This document shows positions 35,288 through 36,991 of a stretch of 36,991 nucleotides of DNA, piece by piece (the first letter of the stretch is position 1; the number at the start of each line of letters is the position of its first letter). The notes under the pieces are model-generated. The model searched no databases. It saw nothing but the letters and a program-made list of their open reading frames with translations, and was not told the DNA's origin. This DNA comes from Chthoniobacter flavus (GTDB taxonomy: Bacteria > Verrucomicrobiota > Verrucomicrobiia > Chthoniobacterales > CAKUMP01). The translations under genes were made by a program, and so were the position numbers. The stretch lies in NCBI GenBank assembly GCA_020718605.1, contig DYRR01000002.1, forward strand, positions 13,357 to 50,347, given 5' to 3'.

Positions 35288-35557
35288 ATGATCACCTCAA
35301 CAATTTCCAATACCAAAAACCGGTTAAGTGAGTTGCTGGCTCGGGTTCAATCCGGGGAAACACTGATCATCGTTGACAGAAAAACTCCTGTTGCCCGGGT
35401 TGAGCGGATTCGTGAGGTTGCGGACAACCCGCATATTTTACCCGCAGTAAAAAAGTGGAATCCTGCGCGCATCCTCGATCTGCCGATCCAGGCAGCCACG
35501 GAGGGATCGCCCAGCCTTGTCGCGGCGGTTGTCGATGAGAGAGAGGCGGGCTGGTGA
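35288..35557 (+). CDS. Type II antitoxin, Phd/YefM family
   Basis: 89 aa. ISNTKNRLSELLARVQSGETLIIVDRKTPVARV is the Phd/YefM N-terminal fold pattern. Its stop overlaps the toxin GTG start (GTGA). Confidence 0.8.
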   Translation: MITSTISNTKNRLSELLARVQSGETLIIVDRKTPVARVERIREVADNPHILPAVKKWNPARILDLPIQAATEGSPSLVAAVVDEREAGW

Positions 35558-35973
35558 ATTTTTGGGACACCTCGGCCATCGTTCCACTGCTGGTTCGCGA
35601 AGCGGACACCCCTGTGCGCGAAGCGCAGATCAAGGAGACTGACGGAATTGTCGTTTGGTGGTCAACAAGAGTGGAATGCGTGTCGGCACTTTGTCGTCGG
35701 AAGAGGGAAGGCCACCTTTCCCAGGCCGCGATCCAAGCCGCAATGACCCGCTTGCGCGCCCTTGACCAGCGATGGATGGTGGTTTCTCCATCGCAAGCCA
35801 TCCTCTCTCGTACAGAGAGATTATTGAAGCTCCACCCGCTCCGGGCAGCAGATTCTCTGCAGCTTGCCGCCGCGCTGCTCGCCACTCGGGAAGATCCGGA
35901 GAACTGCACGTTCCACACTGCCGACACCCGTCTGGCTCACGCCGCTGAACAAGAGGGATTCACTGTGATTTGA
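35554..35973 (+). CDS. vapC: Type II toxin VapC (PIN-domain ribonuclease)
   Basis: 139 aa. It has FWDTSAIVPLL (first acidic residue), LRAADSLQLAAAL, and a C-terminal D in TADTRLAHAAEQEG. Confidence 0.85.
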   Translation: MNFWDTSAIVPLLVREADTPVREAQIKETDGIVVWWSTRVECVSALCRRKREGHLSQAAIQAAMTRLRALDQRWMVVSPSQAILSRTERLLKLHPLRAADSLQLAAALLATREDPENCTFHTADTRLAHAAEQEGFTVI

Positions 35974-36046
35974 CTTGCCCCCCTCTCCCGTCTCCGTACC
36001 ACGATTCATCACCCCCGGCTTTATTGTGAAACCCAACTCTCCCGAT

Positions 36047-36490
36047 TCACCTCGGATACCAACATTGAGCGTTTGCGTCGTTTGCTGTAGCCCATGCTTC
36101 TCTTTGGCTTCGCCGGGTTTCCCATCTGTCTCGGGTATTCCCAATCCCCTCGGCTGTGGTTAAATTCCGGACTTGCTCGCCGTTGGACATGGGATAATCC
36201 TCCCCAAACAAAGCGGAGCACATAAGATCCAAGCCGACCATCGGCAGATCGAGGCGCTGCTGGTGCAAAAAGGCGGCCGCAGCACTGCGCAAACTGCCTT
36301 TGTATCCGGCCCCGGCGTAGTGACCCTGTGCGCCGCCTGGCGCAGAGGGTCTTCCCTTGGAAATTTCCGCCAATGCAAAGAGGGCGGCGGACGGAGTGTG
36401 TCCAAAATTGGGGATCCAAGCCGCAAAAATTGACGCATTGCGGCTGACCAGCGAATTCGGAAGAAATGCCGCCCGCTTCGTGGTACCCAC
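36047..36490 (-). pseudogene. Possible degenerate Y1 (IS200/RAYT-like) transposase remnant; very tentative
   Basis: The 147-aa ORF has three segments that loosely echo REP-associated tyrosine transposase motifs. AAFLPNSLVS sits where (A)xxMPNHVHLL would be, so the HUH histidines are lost. GHYAGAGYKGSL resembles GH.FQGRYK..L. GEDYPMSN resembles PEDY.WSS. The tail is R-rich junk. Confidence 0.25.
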
Positions 36491-36494
36491 ATTT

Positions 36495-36524
36495 CAATAA
36501 GTTAGCCCCCCAGCTAACTTATTG
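36495..36524. repeat. Perfect 12-bp AT-rich hairpin (caataagttagc-N6-gctaacttattg)
   Basis: The arms at 36495-36506 and 36513-36524 are exactly complementary, with a loop ccccca. No T-tract lies on either side, so it is not a classic terminator. Confidence 0.7.
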
Positions 36525-36593
36525 CCCCTCGTATAGCTTCTCCTGTACTGGGTATGAAATATGCGGGTTAGTTCGTGTTCATGCCAAGCACAC

Positions 36594-36617
36594 TAGCCCG
36601 CTCCGGGAGGAGCGGGA
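36594..36617. repeat. 24-nt palindromic element (copy 2, reverse complement of 28938-28961)
   Basis: The sequence tagcccgctccgggaggagcggga is the exact reverse complement of TCCCGCTCCTCCCGGAGCGGGCTA. Confidence 0.8.
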
Positions 36618-36767
36618 TCGCGCACCGCACAATCCCCCATTTTTTCCATATCCTCCAGAGGACCGTAATAATTCGGGTTTCGCCGGAACCGCCTCGCATG
36701 CGTGTTTTTTTGAAAAAACGGCTTGAAACATCCCGCAAGGCATGATGAGGTTCACGACTCGATCCAT

Positions 36768-36842
36768 TCCGGAGTAGCTCAGTGGTAGAGCGGTCGGCTG
36801 TTAACCGATTGGTCGTAGGTTCGAGCCCTACCTCCGGAGCCA
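36768..36842 (+). tRNA. tRNA-Asn (anticodon GUU), CCA encoded
   Basis: The sequence reads TCCGGAG TA GCTC AGTGGTA GAGC G GTCGG CTGTTAA CCGAT TGGTC GTAGG TTCGAGC CCTAC CTCCGGA G CCA. It forms a full cloverleaf. The anticodon loop is C-T-GTT-A-A. Confidence 0.93.
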
Positions 36843-36991
36843 TTTTCTTGGTTCACGAAACCGACCCTCTGTTGGTTTGCAGAAGTAGCCATTCTAAATT
36901 CCAGCGTAACGCTTTGTTGCTGTGGCACTTGCCGAAGATTTCTGATTGCGCCGTAATTCGTGCTGAGAGCGCACACTGGGCGGTTTTCACT

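Noticed and set aside
36779-36976. 65-aa minus-strand ORF overlapping tRNA-Asn
   Set aside because: It overlaps the tRNA gene on the opposite strand and has no motifs. It is probably spurious.
1-36991. CRISPR arrays, rRNA genes, intact IS elements or transposases, prophage genes, recognisable multi-gene defence systems
   Set aside because: I found no regularly spaced direct repeats, no rRNA-like segments and no intact transposase, integrase or phage structural ORFs. The only defence-like module is the Phd/VapC pair.

Overview
High-GC bacterial chromosomal window. The gene content (DUF1800/DUF1501 remnant, DUF4159, DUF4388 response regulator, multiheme-HEAT-TPR fusion, long-form IspG) suggests a Verrucomicrobiota/PVC-type genome, but that is inference only. 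I support about 30 protein genes: a hybrid sensor kinase, an octaheme cytochrome fusion, rlmH, recQ, ispG, rseP, yggS, a LysR regulator, a DeoR-controlled sugar operon, DAHP synthase, hrpB, polyprenyl synthase, a GT-C membrane protein, PPK2 and a Phd/VapC toxin-antitoxin pair. There are also two tRNAs (Pro-GGG and Asn-GUU), two decayed loci and several families of palindromic repeats. Most long ORFs in the track are antisense shadow ORFs typical of high-GC DNA, and several true genes start well inside the listed ORF. The stand-out is an ORF-free segment of roughly 1 kb between recQ and ispG (about 8600-9641). It is packed with perfect stem-loops, many closed by GNRA-like or A-rich loops, and ends in a strong plus-strand intrinsic terminator. 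This looks like a large structured non-coding RNA. I cannot assign it to RNase P, tmRNA, SRP, a riboswitch or a group II intron from signature motifs. Other points: a TIR-bounded MITE-like element whose core recurs 25 kb away with compensatory stem changes; a DUF1800/DUF1501 deletion scar; a 1-nt homopolymer frameshift in a tightly coupled sugar operon; and a possible RAYT-like remnant next to tRNA-Asn.
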